Shown here one piece after another: positions 48,663 to 57,668 of a stretch of DNA of 64,000 bases (position 1 is its first letter; each line of letters opens with the position of its first letter). Source of the stretch: a virus. A program made the translations under genes and the position numbers. The stretch lies in the IMG/VR virus record IMGVR_UViG_3300008450_000005, positions 32,001 through 96,000 of that record; one strand, 5' to 3'. The notes beneath the pieces were generated by a model. It was not told the origin of the DNA and did no database searches. It worked only from the letters and a program-made list of their open reading frames with translations.

Positions 48663-49616
48663 ATGAGTGATAAATCTTATCTCCCACCACAGTCTCCAAT
48701 CCTTATCCAGCCAGGAGATAAAGGATTTGAAACAGTTGGTAAAGCATACAACCGTATGATCTGGACCTATGGAGATTGGGCAAAACGAAAGAAAAAGATC
48801 GTTAACCCTAATAAACTCTGGGACAAATACGGTAAGAAAATGACCAAAAAGGAGATGGATGCTGTTCTTAAGAATGCTTACCTCGAATCGGCTAATCCCG
48901 ATGGAATCAATGAATCATCAGAAAACAAAAATTACACTAACAACATGTATCAAATGAATGAAAAGTCCGTTTCATCAGCTCAGCAAAGATTGATGGGACA
49001 AGCTTGGGCTTTAAGAACAGGAGAAATTGATGCTGAAGACATCAATCCAATCTATCGCGATGCTATTGAAAAGATTGCATTCGGAGATATGACCGATAAA
49101 GAACTGAAGAAATTCGCTCAGACCAAGACTAAAGCTCTCCCACATCACGTGAGAGATAATGGGCCTCAGCCCGGTCCTGCTGGTGTTGAAGAAACAGCAT
49201 CACCTAAGCAGATTCCTTCTAATTACATTGGAGCAGTTCCAGGCGGATCCTCTGATCTACAAACAACACCTAATTTCAATTGGGACGCGGGGAAGGGAAA
49301 ATCCTGGTGGGAAAACACCGGAAAAAAAGCTCCTTCGAGAATGAAGTTTATCAAAGAGTTTGATAATTTTTTAAATACCCACGGGGTCAACGAAATGCGC
49401 ATGTCAGAAAGAGATAAGGTTGATGCTTTAATTGACCACTTAAAAGAAGTTCTTGATCCATTCAGCTTCAGAGTAGCTTATGATAAAATGTTAGGATTGG
49501 TTATTGATCTAATGATCCCCGATTACGAAACGTTTTTCAATCGCTTCAAAAGCGTACTTACCCGCGACGTTATTGAAGGTATTCCTGGATCCCTTAAACC
49601 AAGCACTGCAAAATGA
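48663..49616 (+). CDS. Hypothetical head-internal-type protein containing a DUF3008-like domain
   Basis: SVSSAQQRLMG.A.A.R.GE...MTDKELKKFA.TK.K.LP.HV; several I/M/V-N-E sites and an internal MKFIKEFDNFL.....VNE. Confidence 0.6.
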   Translation: MSDKSYLPPQSPILIQPGDKGFETVGKAYNRMIWTYGDWAKRKKKIVNPNKLWDKYGKKMTKKEMDAVLKNAYLESANPDGINESSENKNYTNNMYQMNEKSVSSAQQRLMGQAWALRTGEIDAEDINPIYRDAIEKIAFGDMTDKELKKFAQTKTKALPHHVRDNGPQPGPAGVEETASPKQIPSNYIGAVPGGSSDLQTTPNFNWDAGKGKSWWENTGKKAPSRMKFIKEFDNFLNTHGVNEMRMSERDKVDALIDHLKEVLDPFSFRVAYDKMLGLVIDLMIPDYETFFNRFKSVLTRDVIEGIPGSLKPSTAK

Positions 49617-50023
49617 GACATCTGAGGGTCTTCGAAAAATATAGCCCATTTAAAGAATATAAGGCCGATAGTCGTCGTTCATTGGATCTTGAAAAAGTCC
49701 GTTCGATGCAGGAGTATCGGGACATTATTGATTTGGGATTCAAAGAAGACACCTCGTTTCAGCAAGAGTTGAATAACACCATCAAGTTTGTTCGTTCGAG
49801 ACATAAACAGTCAGAGGACGGATTTGGTGAGGTGTTTTACACTATCCATCCATCTGGTTCTATTAGAAGATACAACCCGCCGAAAAGCGAGGAAACCCCT
49901 GCAGGTAGCGGAAATGTATTATTCAAATATCCAAAATTTAAGGACGAATCGGATTATAGAAGAGCTTTTTTGTTCCTATGGCAATACCTTAGGCGCAAAG
50001 CAAACCTTGGCGATTTCAGATAA
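49613..50023 (+). CDS. Hypothetical protein with a capsid-targeting-like leader
   Basis: MRHLRVFEKY; start overlaps the upstream stop. Confidence 0.65.
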   Translation: MRHLRVFEKYSPFKEYKADSRRSLDLEKVRSMQEYRDIIDLGFKEDTSFQQELNNTIKFVRSRHKQSEDGFGEVFYTIHPSGSIRRYNPPKSEETPAGSGNVLFKYPKFKDESDYRRAFLFLWQYLRRKANLGDFR

Positions 50024-50250
50024 TGTGTAATTGTAATAGACGGGCACAGGAATATTCAAAAGCGGATCATGCAAAATACGCTGAGCCATTTCGCTTGGAA
50101 AAAAAGACCGTGATCGACTATAAAGGGAATGAGCTTTTGATACTAGAGGCAATTAGAGATTCATATCGAGACATCGTGGGATATATAGCAATAGATAAAG
50201 GCGGTCAAACAGTTAGGATCGCCCAGAACTTAATCACAAAAATTCTATAA
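50023..50250 (+). CDS. Hypothetical protein
   Basis: Coupled 75-aa ORF; contains a GATATATA at 50180-50187. Confidence 0.6.
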   Translation: MCNCNRRAQEYSKADHAKYAEPFRLEKKTVIDYKGNELLILEAIRDSYRDIVGYIAIDKGGQTVRIAQNLITKIL

Positions 50251-50251
50251 T

Positions 50252-50932
50252 ATGTTCTATCCAACAGGAAAAACAACAGGAGGAAGAATCATCGTTTGCA
50301 AATGCTGTAACGAAGATGAGATGGCCCCAATTAAATCAAATGATACAATAGCTCTTCATGAGCTTAACAAATGGTTAGATGAGAACAACTACTGCATGGA
50401 AACATGGCAGGTCAAGGAGTATCTCAACGAGATGGGTATTGCTTCGGAAGAGGTTAACGAGACCATGAATGAATATGAAGAGGAAGTAAGATTTAGATTC
50501 TTGAATAAGTCAGCTGAGGAGTCTTTCGAAGGCTCTGATCTGTATTCTATGGCTGATCTTAATGAGGAAGGTGATTTCGTTGCAGACAAAAAGACTTTTA
50601 ATGCTATCAGCACATACCTTCAGCAGGAAGGATATAATTCATCAGATTATGAGGTTTTAGTTGGAGAGGATTCTGCTTCTGCAGCAGCTCCTGGAGCGCC
50701 CGCTGCTGGATATGCAACAGTAGCAACAGTTCAAGGTATGGGAGACGTTGTTTCTCCTACTAATACAGGAACAAACGCATCTTTTTACGATCCCTCAGCA
50801 GTTGGATCAGGTGATAGATTAGATGCCAGAGGAATGTATAAATTGCCTAAGGGCAAAAAGGACAAGCCAAAAAAATATCTTGCAATAAAGAACTTTGATG
50901 ATTTCATCGCTACAATGAAGAAAATGCAATAA
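50252..50932 (+). CDS. Acidic hypothetical protein with multiple L/V/M-N-E sites
   Basis: YLNE, EVNE, TMNE and DLNE; C-terminal IKNFDDF. Confidence 0.65.
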   Translation: MFYPTGKTTGGRIIVCKCCNEDEMAPIKSNDTIALHELNKWLDENNYCMETWQVKEYLNEMGIASEEVNETMNEYEEEVRFRFLNKSAEESFEGSDLYSMADLNEEGDFVADKKTFNAISTYLQQEGYNSSDYEVLVGEDSASAAAPGAPAAGYATVATVQGMGDVVSPTNTGTNASFYDPSAVGSGDRLDARGMYKLPKGKKDKPKKYLAIKNFDDFIATMKKMQ

Positions 50933-50938
50933 TTTTCA

Positions 50939-51193
50939 TTGATGGCAGAATTCAGCAAACAGTACGACGAAGCTTTTGGCTTCGGCTTAAATGATTTCGA
51001 TTACCAGGAAATCTTCAATACTTTAGAAAACAATCATTACCAATCCCAAATTTGTGAGGGGCTTGGAACTTATGCTGTTGCTAAATCAACAGAAGGTAAA
51101 ATGCTTCTTGCAGTTGATTCTCAAGAAGACTCGGATATGTTTGAATGGGTTTCCCTAGAGGAAGCAATCTCCCGAGCAACCGATCATTCTTAA
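50939..51193 (+). CDS. Hypothetical protein
   Basis: 84-aa ORF containing ICEGLG; fills the gap before the dnaK leader. Confidence 0.6.
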   Translation: MMAEFSKQYDEAFGFGLNDFDYQEIFNTLENNHYQSQICEGLGTYAVAKSTEGKMLLAVDSQEDSDMFEWVSLEEAISRATDHS

Positions 51194-51201
51194 TTTAAGA
51201 A

Positions 51202-51300
51202 ATTTTGTCACCTCAAGATTTCAAAAATCTTGATTTCTAAGAGATTTTGTCACCTTTTTGGGACGAAATTTCTAATATTTCCTGGTGGCACAAATTTTTC
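51202..51300 (+). promoter_or_regulatory. dnaK upstream region: direct repeats, an inverted repeat and a sigma54-like TGGCAC element
   Basis: ATTTTGTCACCT at 51202 and 51244 (42-bp spacing); inverted repeat tcaagattt/aaatcttga at 51213-51233; TGGCACAAATTTTTC at 51286. Confidence 0.55.
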
Positions 51301-51329
51301 AATAAGCTTATTAAAAATTAGAAAAAATT

Positions 51330-53228
51330 ATGAGTAATAAAATTATCGGTATTGATTTAGGAACAACAAATTCTTGTGTTTCCGTCTTAGAGGGTGGAAA
51401 ACCTGTAGTAATCGTTAACAACGAAGGAAAGAGAACAACTCCAAGTATTGTGAGTTTTAAAAATGGAGAAATTAAAATCGGCGATCCAGCAAAACGTCAG
51501 GCCGTGACCAACCCAACTGAAACATTATTTTCTGTAAAAAGATTTATCGGGTCTAAATTCTCTGAGCTGAAGAAGGAAGCTCAAAGAATGCCTTACAAGG
51601 TTAAAAAAGGAACTGGTGATAAAGTTTTGATCGAAGCAAACCAGAAGGAGTATATCCCTCAAGAGATTTCTGCTATGGTTTTACAGAATCTGAAAAAGAC
51701 TGCGGAAGATTACCTGGGAGAAACAGTTTCCAAAGCAGTGATCACCGTGCCTGCTTATTTCAACGACAGTCAGAGACAGGCAACAAAAGAAGCGGGCGAA
51801 ATTGCTGGATTGGAAGTTTTGAGAATTATCAACGAGCCAACCGCTGCAGCACTAGCCTATGGATTGGACAGAAAAGACAAAGACCAAAAGGTAGTTGTTT
51901 TTGACATCGGCGGAGGTACCCACGACGTTTCAATTCTAGAAATTGGTTCTGGTGTATTCGAGGTTCTTTCAACCAGCGGGGATACTCATTTGGGTGGTGA
52001 TGATTTTGACGAGAGAATTGTTGACTGGATCATATCAGAATTTAAAAACGAAAGCGGGATCGATATTGGTCAGGATGCAATGGCTTTACAGAGGGTTAGA
52101 GAATCAGCGGAGAAGGCAAAGGTTGAACTTTCCTCTTCTGTTGAAGCTGAGATCAATTTACCATACCTTTCAGCAGGAAGCGAAGGTCCTAAACACTTCG
52201 TCTCTAAATTAACAAGAGTAAAATTTGAGCAGATGATAGATGATCTAATTAAGCGATCATTGGCTCCTTGCTCAACAGCAATGGTAGAAGCAGGATTGTT
52301 AAATTCGGATATTGATGAAGTGATCCTGGTTGGTGGAACAAGTAGAATCCCTAAGATCCAGGAGGAGGTCGAAAAATTCTTTGGTAAAAAACCAAGTAAG
52401 AGCGTAAATCCAGATGAAGTGGTTAGTCTCGGTGCAGCAATTCAAGGAGGAGTTTTAGGTGGAGAGGTTAAAGACGTACTACTTCTTGACGTTACACCAT
52501 TAAGCTTGGGTATTGAAACTATGGGTGGTGTATTTACAAAACTAATTGAATCTAATACAACAATCCCAACGAAGAAAAGCCAAATGTTCTCAACCGCTGT
52601 GGATAATCAGCCAGCAGTTGATATCCACGTTCTACAGGGAGAACGCCCCATGGCATCAGACAACCGAACACTAGGAAGATTTCAGCTTACAGATATCCCA
52701 CCTTCAATGAGAGGAATCCCTCAGATCGAGGTTACCTTCGATATTGACTCCAATGGTATTTTGAGCGTGACTGCTTTGGACAAAGGAACTGGAAAAAAAC
52801 AAAACGTGAGGATCGAATCAGGATCAAAGCTTTCTGAAGAGGAAATCGAAAGACTAAAAAACGAGGCAAGAGAAAACGAGGAGGAAGATAAGAAAAGACT
52901 GAGAAAATCCCAGATTATTAATGATGCTGAGAATGCTTGCATGCAGTCGGAAAAGGCTTTGGATGATTTCGGGAACAAAGTTTCCGATGACGAAAAATCA
53001 AAAATCAATGACAAGATATCCGAAATCAGGAAATTGAAAGATGCCGAGAATATCGATATGTTAGAAAAAGAAATTGATGAGTGTATGAAATTGATGAACG
53101 CGATTTCTGCTAGTATCTACTCAACTCCAAATTCTGAAAGCGAAAGCACGAGTACAACCGGGACCCAAGAGGGTCAAGAGAATTTCGAGGATGTAGAATT
53201 CGAAGAAGTAGGCTCCAAATCAAAATAA
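51330..53228 (+). CDS. dnaK: Hsp70 chaperone DnaK
   Basis: [55 protein letters not shown] and C-terminal EDVEFEEV. Confidence 0.98.
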   Translation: MSNKIIGIDLGTTNSCVSVLEGGKPVVIVNNEGKRTTPSIVSFKNGEIKIGDPAKRQAVTNPTETLFSVKRFIGSKFSELKKEAQRMPYKVKKGTGDKVLIEANQKEYIPQEISAMVLQNLKKTAEDYLGETVSKAVITVPAYFNDSQRQATKEAGEIAGLEVLRIINEPTAAALAYGLDRKDKDQKVVVFDIGGGTHDVSILEIGSGVFEVLSTSGDTHLGGDDFDERIVDWIISEFKNESGIDIGQDAMALQRVRESAEKAKVELSSSVEAEINLPYLSAGSEGPKHFVSKLTRVKFEQMIDDLIKRSLAPCSTAMVEAGLLNSDIDEVILVGGTSRIPKIQEEVEKFFGKKPSKSVNPDEVVSLGAAIQGGVLGGEVKDVLLLDVTPLSLGIETMGGVFTKLIESNTTIPTKKSQMFSTAVDNQPAVDIHVLQGERPMASDNRTLGRFQLTDIPPSMRGIPQIEVTFDIDSNGILSVTALDKGTGKKQNVRIESGSKLSEEEIERLKNEARENEEEDKKRLRKSQIINDAENACMQSEKALDDFGNKVSDDEKSKINDKISEIRKLKDAENIDMLEKEIDECMKLMNAISASIYSTPNSESESTSTTGTQEGQENFEDVEFEEVGSKSK

Positions 53229-53253
53229 TCGGATCACTCATACAAGCAAGTTC

Positions 53254-53282
53254 AAAAGTCGGCTTAATGCCGACTTTTTTTT
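53254..53282 (+). terminator. Intrinsic terminator after dnaK
   Basis: aaaagtcggc-ttaat-gccgac-T8. Confidence 0.9.
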
Positions 53283-53292
53283 AGTAAATTCT

Positions 53293-53300
53293 GATATATA
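53293..53300 (+). promoter_or_regulatory. GATATATA putative late promoter
   Basis: Between the terminator and the ferritin ATG. Confidence 0.7.
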
Positions 53301-53318
53301 GATAAAACAAGGAAATTC

Positions 53319-53882
53319 ATGGAATCATTTAAGCACTTCAAAGGTAATAATAACGAGGCAATCGAATTGAGTATGGTGGCTATGCCCGAAATTACAAAGC
53401 CTAAAACTTTACCTGCGGACATCGTAACAGAGATCGAAAAAAGAATTGCAGGAGAATATAACGCACATTATACCTACAGAAATGCAGCTAACTGGTGCAA
53501 GAATATGAACTACAAAAAGGCTGCGGCATTCTTCGAAGCTGAGGCAGCTTACGAATTGGAGCATGCTAACATGTTGATGGATTACCTTACCCAATGGAAT
53601 ATCATTCCTAAGATGATGCCTGTAGATCCAAACATTCAATTCAAATCATTGGTTGGAATCGTTGATGTAGCTTACGATGTTGAATATAATCTATTGCTTA
53701 ATTATTCAGCGATGCAGAGTGCATTGTCTGATACACATCCAGCAACTTTCAATTTCATTCAGAAATTCGTTGATATCCAAAACGAATCAGTAGCAGAATA
53801 TTCTGATCTATTGAATGCTCTCGAGCTTGTGAATATCAATAACAAATTCGAGATCCTTTACTTCGAACAAACTTATTTCTAA
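53319..53882 (+). CDS. Ferritin (non-haem, Ftn-like) with an N-terminal extension
   Basis: E.NAHY.Y...ANW......AA.FF...A..E.EHA..L..Y, AY..E, D..TFNFIQ.FV..Q four-helix pattern. Confidence 0.85.
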   Translation: MESFKHFKGNNNEAIELSMVAMPEITKPKTLPADIVTEIEKRIAGEYNAHYTYRNAANWCKNMNYKKAAAFFEAEAAYELEHANMLMDYLTQWNIIPKMMPVDPNIQFKSLVGIVDVAYDVEYNLLLNYSAMQSALSDTHPATFNFIQKFVDIQNESVAEYSDLLNALELVNINNKFEILYFEQTYF

Positions 53883-53900
53883 TTCTAAATACTTTTTATT

Positions 53901-53940
53901 AAAGAAAGATTTCCATAATTTCGTGGAAATCTTTTTTTTT
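53901..53940 (+). terminator. Intrinsic terminator after ferritin
   Basis: aaagatttcca-taatttcg-tggaaatc followed by T9. Confidence 0.7.
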
Positions 53941-53942
53941 GT

Positions 53943-54356
53943 ATGCAGGATTTTTTTGAAACGGAAAGGCTAATTCAGGAAGAATACATCCATGATAAAT
54001 GGAAGATGGTCGTTGTCTGCATACTATTAAATCAAACCAACAATAAACAGGTTAGGCCTATACTCGAAGATCTGTTTAAGCTCATCCCAGATGCTGGAAA
54101 GGCATCAGCAACGGGTATCCAACAGATAGCTGAAATAATCAGACCGACAGGATTTCAAAATGTGAAAGCCGACCGCATCGTAAAGATGAGTAAAAAGTGG
54201 GCATCGGGTGATCAAGAAATTTCAAAACTTCCTGGTGTTGGTAAATATGCACTAGAGTCCTGGAGAATTTTTGTTGACAGGGACTTTGGATTCACTCCAA
54301 CCGATAAAAAATTAAATATTTTTTTGCAGGAAGGTGGTAACGATCGGTTACCTTAA
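53943..54356 (+). CDS. HhH-GPD DNA glycosylase (MBD4-like)
   Basis: W..VV.CILLNQT, IRPTGF..VKA.RI, HhH LPGVGKYA and the catalytic Asp in PTDKKL. Confidence 0.8.
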   Translation: MQDFFETERLIQEEYIHDKWKMVVVCILLNQTNNKQVRPILEDLFKLIPDAGKASATGIQQIAEIIRPTGFQNVKADRIVKMSKKWASGDQEISKLPGVGKYALESWRIFVDRDFGFTPTDKKLNIFLQEGGNDRLP

Positions 54357-54655
54357 GAGAGGTGCTTGGTGTAAAGCCAATCTTTAATAAATTCGATAAC
54401 CTTCTTAGCACCCAATCCTTCTGAGCGTAAAAGATTGACGAAGTCCTCGTTAGTTGATAACTCATCGAGGTGGATATAGATTTTATCCTTTTCAAACATG
54501 GGGTCAATTACCATCGGAAGAGGCTGTTTCTTATCTACATAATTAACAGAATTTACATTGTCTTTATACCATTCGCCAGGGACTACAACCGATCCAGGCG
54601 ATGCTGAAATGTAATATTCTGCAACATAATTTTCGAAACTTTCGACTATCCTCAT
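54353..54655 (-). CDS. Hypothetical protein with a capsid-targeting-like leader
   Basis: MRIVESFENYVAE; preceded on the minus strand by GATACATA (54670-54663). Confidence 0.65.
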   Translation of the reverse strand: MRIVESFENYVAEYYISASPGSVVVPGEWYKDNVNSVNYVDKKQPLPMVIDPMFEKDKIYIHLDELSTNEDFVNLLRSEGLGAKKVIEFIKDWLYTKHLS

Positions 54656-54663
54656 AATAATGT

Positions 54664-56079
54664 ATGTATCCAGATATGATAGTTGATATTGAAGCTAAGA
54701 AAGACCACCTGCACATTTCTACTTTTACCGAAGAGGGGGAACCAACATTCATCAACGTTCCAATCCCAGAAGAGGAAAGGTTCGTCTGGGAGAAGTGCCC
54801 GCATAATGACGCCAAGAAAGATCCTGTTTGGAGATCTTGGGACGGCGGCCATGTCAAAAAAGTAAAGTCTAACAAATTAGACAAATACCGCATTGCACAA
54901 ATACTCGAGGAAGCTGATCGGGAATTAACTGCTCCACTATGGGCACACCAAAATCCTCGCAAATACTTTGTCGATATTGAGGTTGAGATTACTGAGGAGA
55001 TGAAAGATGCATTGGACACAGAAAACGCCAAAAATCGAGTTCTCAGTATCGGTATAGCAACGGACAAGAACAAGATGATTGTCTTGGGTCTCGATGATCT
55101 ATCAAGCGAGCAGATCGGATCGATTCATAAAAAGCTTAACACGCATTTTGAAAAGTTCGGAGAGGAATGGAGTTTCAAATACAGAAAGTTCGTTTCAGAA
55201 TTCGACATGCTCTATACGTTCTTTAAAGATCTAGCTCCCAAAATGGCTTTGATTACTGGATGGAACTGGTTCGGATATGACTGGCCCTATTTGGTTAATA
55301 GAGCAAAAAGACTCAATATCGACCCTGCTATTATTTCAGCTTCCAGATATCTAATTGGAAAGAATCAATTACCCCAACACTTACTAATGGTCGATTATCT
55401 CGATATCTATAAAAAGTGGGACAGGGTGATCAAGATCAAAGAAAGCAATCGATTGGACTACGTTGGAGAAAAAGCTATCGGTCTGAAGAAGATTGAATAC
55501 AGCGGAAGTCTTAGAGATCTTTATCAATCGGACTTCGAAAAATTCATTTTCTATAACGCGGTTGACTGTGTTCTTCTGCACTACATCGATCAGAAGCTGA
55601 AAACAATGCTGACGTATTTTAAGATTGCCGGAGTAACTGGAGTGGAGATATCCCGTGCACTTTCGCCAGTCTGGTCAACGGAGGTAATGATGCTGAGAAA
55701 ATTTTTAGAGAGAAAACAGGTTTTGCTGAATATCCCTAAAGATGATAATCACGTCAAGTTCGCTGGTGGTTACGTAAAGGAACCAACTGTAGGATTACAT
55801 GAATGGGTAGCTTGTTACGATTTTGCATCACTTTATCCTAACGCTATCGTGCAGTGGGGGATTTCGCCGGAAGCATATAAGGGAAAGAATGTAGCGGATC
55901 CAAAAGAAGAATGGGTAAGAACTGCTTCAGGAGCATATTTTGGAGGGGAGGAAGAAAAACCTATTCTCCGCACGATTGTAAAAGATCTATACTCAAAAAG
56001 AAGAAAAACCAAGGATCAAATGTTAGCACTTCAGTTAGAAATTGACAAATTACAAAAAGAATTGGAAAATTTCAAATAG
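54664..56079 (+). CDS. Family B DNA polymerase, N-terminal subunit (exonuclease plus motif A; split gp43A-like)
   Basis: ExoI DIE, ExoII GWN...YDWPYL.NR, ExoIII YNAVD, GGYVKEP and motif A YDFASLYP; ends after KRR..K with no motif B or C. Confidence 0.88.
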   Translation: MYPDMIVDIEAKKDHLHISTFTEEGEPTFINVPIPEEERFVWEKCPHNDAKKDPVWRSWDGGHVKKVKSNKLDKYRIAQILEEADRELTAPLWAHQNPRKYFVDIEVEITEEMKDALDTENAKNRVLSIGIATDKNKMIVLGLDDLSSEQIGSIHKKLNTHFEKFGEEWSFKYRKFVSEFDMLYTFFKDLAPKMALITGWNWFGYDWPYLVNRAKRLNIDPAIISASRYLIGKNQLPQHLLMVDYLDIYKKWDRVIKIKESNRLDYVGEKAIGLKKIEYSGSLRDLYQSDFEKFIFYNAVDCVLLHYIDQKLKTMLTYFKIAGVTGVEISRALSPVWSTEVMMLRKFLERKQVLLNIPKDDNHVKFAGGYVKEPTVGLHEWVACYDFASLYPNAIVQWGISPEAYKGKNVADPKEEWVRTASGAYFGGEEEKPILRTIVKDLYSKRRKTKDQMLALQLEIDKLQKELENFK

Positions 56080-56103
56080 GGGTGGGGACAAAAAAATGGG
56101 GTT

Positions 56104-56111
56104 GATATATA
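56104..56111 (+). promoter_or_regulatory. GATATATA putative promoter
   Basis: Intergenic, upstream of the dUTPase-nrdB-nrdA operon. Confidence 0.6.
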
Positions 56112-56165
56112 ATCATCCCAAACGATTCTCACATCATTTTTAAAACAAAGAAAACGGAAAATAAG

Positions 56166-56651
56166 ATGGAACAAAATTTAACAAATTTTCAAGAGTGCTC
56201 TCATTTAGAGATCGAGGATCACTATTCAAACAGCACCGACACGCTGAACGAATTATTAACTATGCAAAAGAATATTCAGGAGGGTGTGTACGGTTACGAC
56301 TTTGAAAAAATCAGAGAAACTTTGGGGTCATTGAAATCATTTTGTGATATGAATTATCACGCAGATCAGGACGAGTGGAGAGAATTTTTCAACGCTCTAG
56401 GAGGTGTTCACTCACACGGTGCAGCAATTTGGAAACCCTGGAAGAGTAAACACAAAGAGGCACAAGAAAAAAAGTTTACAGACCTAACTCCTGAAGAATT
56501 AAAAGAATTGCAAATGGAAGTAGTCGACCGTTGGCATTTCTTATTTAACGTAACTCTTGCGGTCGGCTTAGACGCAAAAACTCTTTTCAATTATTATGTT
56601 GCTAAAAACAAGCACAACATAGAAAGACAGCAAAGACCAGGGGGTTACTAA
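56166..56651 (+). CDS. Dimeric all-alpha dUTPase/dCTPase-like NTP pyrophosphatase
   Basis: LL.MQK, DEW.E, WKPWK, EVVD.WHF and Y..KN..N.ERQ..GY. Confidence 0.85.
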   Translation: MEQNLTNFQECSHLEIEDHYSNSTDTLNELLTMQKNIQEGVYGYDFEKIRETLGSLKSFCDMNYHADQDEWREFFNALGGVHSHGAAIWKPWKSKHKEAQEKKFTDLTPEELKELQMEVVDRWHFLFNVTLAVGLDAKTLFNYYVAKNKHNIERQQRPGGY

Positions 56652-56678
56652 TCCAAAAAAATTTAATATAAAAAAGAT

Positions 56679-57650
56679 ATGACGGAACAGAGTTATTCAG
56701 GGACCGAGCCCATTCTTGTCGAGAATCCGCACCGGTTTGTTATTTTCCCAATCCAATACGATGATATTTGGGAATTCTATAAACAGCACCAAGCTGCCTT
56801 TTGGACTGCGGAGGAGATTGACTTAACTAACGATTTGAAAGACTGGGATTCCCTTTCTGACAACGAAAGATTTTTCATCAAGAACGTTTTGAGTTTCTTT
56901 GCTGCTAGTGATGGAATTGTTAACGAGAATCTGGCTGAGAATTTTTATCGAGAGGTCCAATACCCAGAAGCTAAATTCTTCTACGGATTCCAGCTGGCGA
57001 TGGAAAATATCCATTCGCTTATGTACAGTCTTTTGATTGACACATACATCTCTAACCACAAAGAAAAATTGGAATGCTTCACAGCTATTGAGCATTTACC
57101 TGCGGTTCAAAAGAAAGCTAGTTGGGCTTTGAATTGGATTGAGAATGCATCCTTCCAAGAAAGATTAGTTGCATTTGCTGCAGTTGAAGGTATTTTCTTT
57201 TCAGGATCTTTTTGCTCCATCTTCTGGTTGAAAAATAGAGGTTTGATGCCCGGTCTTTGCAACGCAAACTCGCTGATTTTCAAAGACGAAAATTTGCATT
57301 GCGATTTTGCGATCCATCTTCTGAATAACCATTGTGTCACCAGGCCCAGCGAAAAAAGGATCAAAGAGATTCTACTTTCTGCTTTGGAGATTGAAAAAGA
57401 ATTTATTACAGAGAGTTTGCCTGTGTCCCTAATAGGAATGAATTCCAATCTGATGAAACAGTATTTGGAATTTGTCGTTGATGGATTGCTCGTAAAATTC
57501 AACTGTTCAAAAGAGTTTAAAGTGGAGAATCCTTTCAAATTCATGGAACAGATTGCTGTTGAAACTAAAGGAAATTTCTTTGAAGGTCGCACCGTTGAAT
57601 ATCAGAAGGTGAAACTGAACGAAGGATTTTCAATCGATGAGGATTTCTAA
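56679..57650 (+). CDS. nrdB: Class Ia ribonucleotide reductase beta subunit
   Basis: [44 protein letters not shown] and NFFE.R..EYQ. Confidence 0.97.
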   Translation: MTEQSYSGTEPILVENPHRFVIFPIQYDDIWEFYKQHQAAFWTAEEIDLTNDLKDWDSLSDNERFFIKNVLSFFAASDGIVNENLAENFYREVQYPEAKFFYGFQLAMENIHSLMYSLLIDTYISNHKEKLECFTAIEHLPAVQKKASWALNWIENASFQERLVAFAAVEGIFFSGSFCSIFWLKNRGLMPGLCNANSLIFKDENLHCDFAIHLLNNHCVTRPSEKRIKEILLSALEIEKEFITESLPVSLIGMNSNLMKQYLEFVVDGLLVKFNCSKEFKVENPFKFMEQIAVETKGNFFEGRTVEYQKVKLNEGFSIDEDF

Positions 57651-57668
57651 AAAAAATTATTAAGCACT

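Noticed and set aside
56077-56112. Readthrough or frameshift completing the polymerase
   Set aside because: Reading through the TAG meets a TAA about 10 codons later, and no motif B or C sequence appears downstream.
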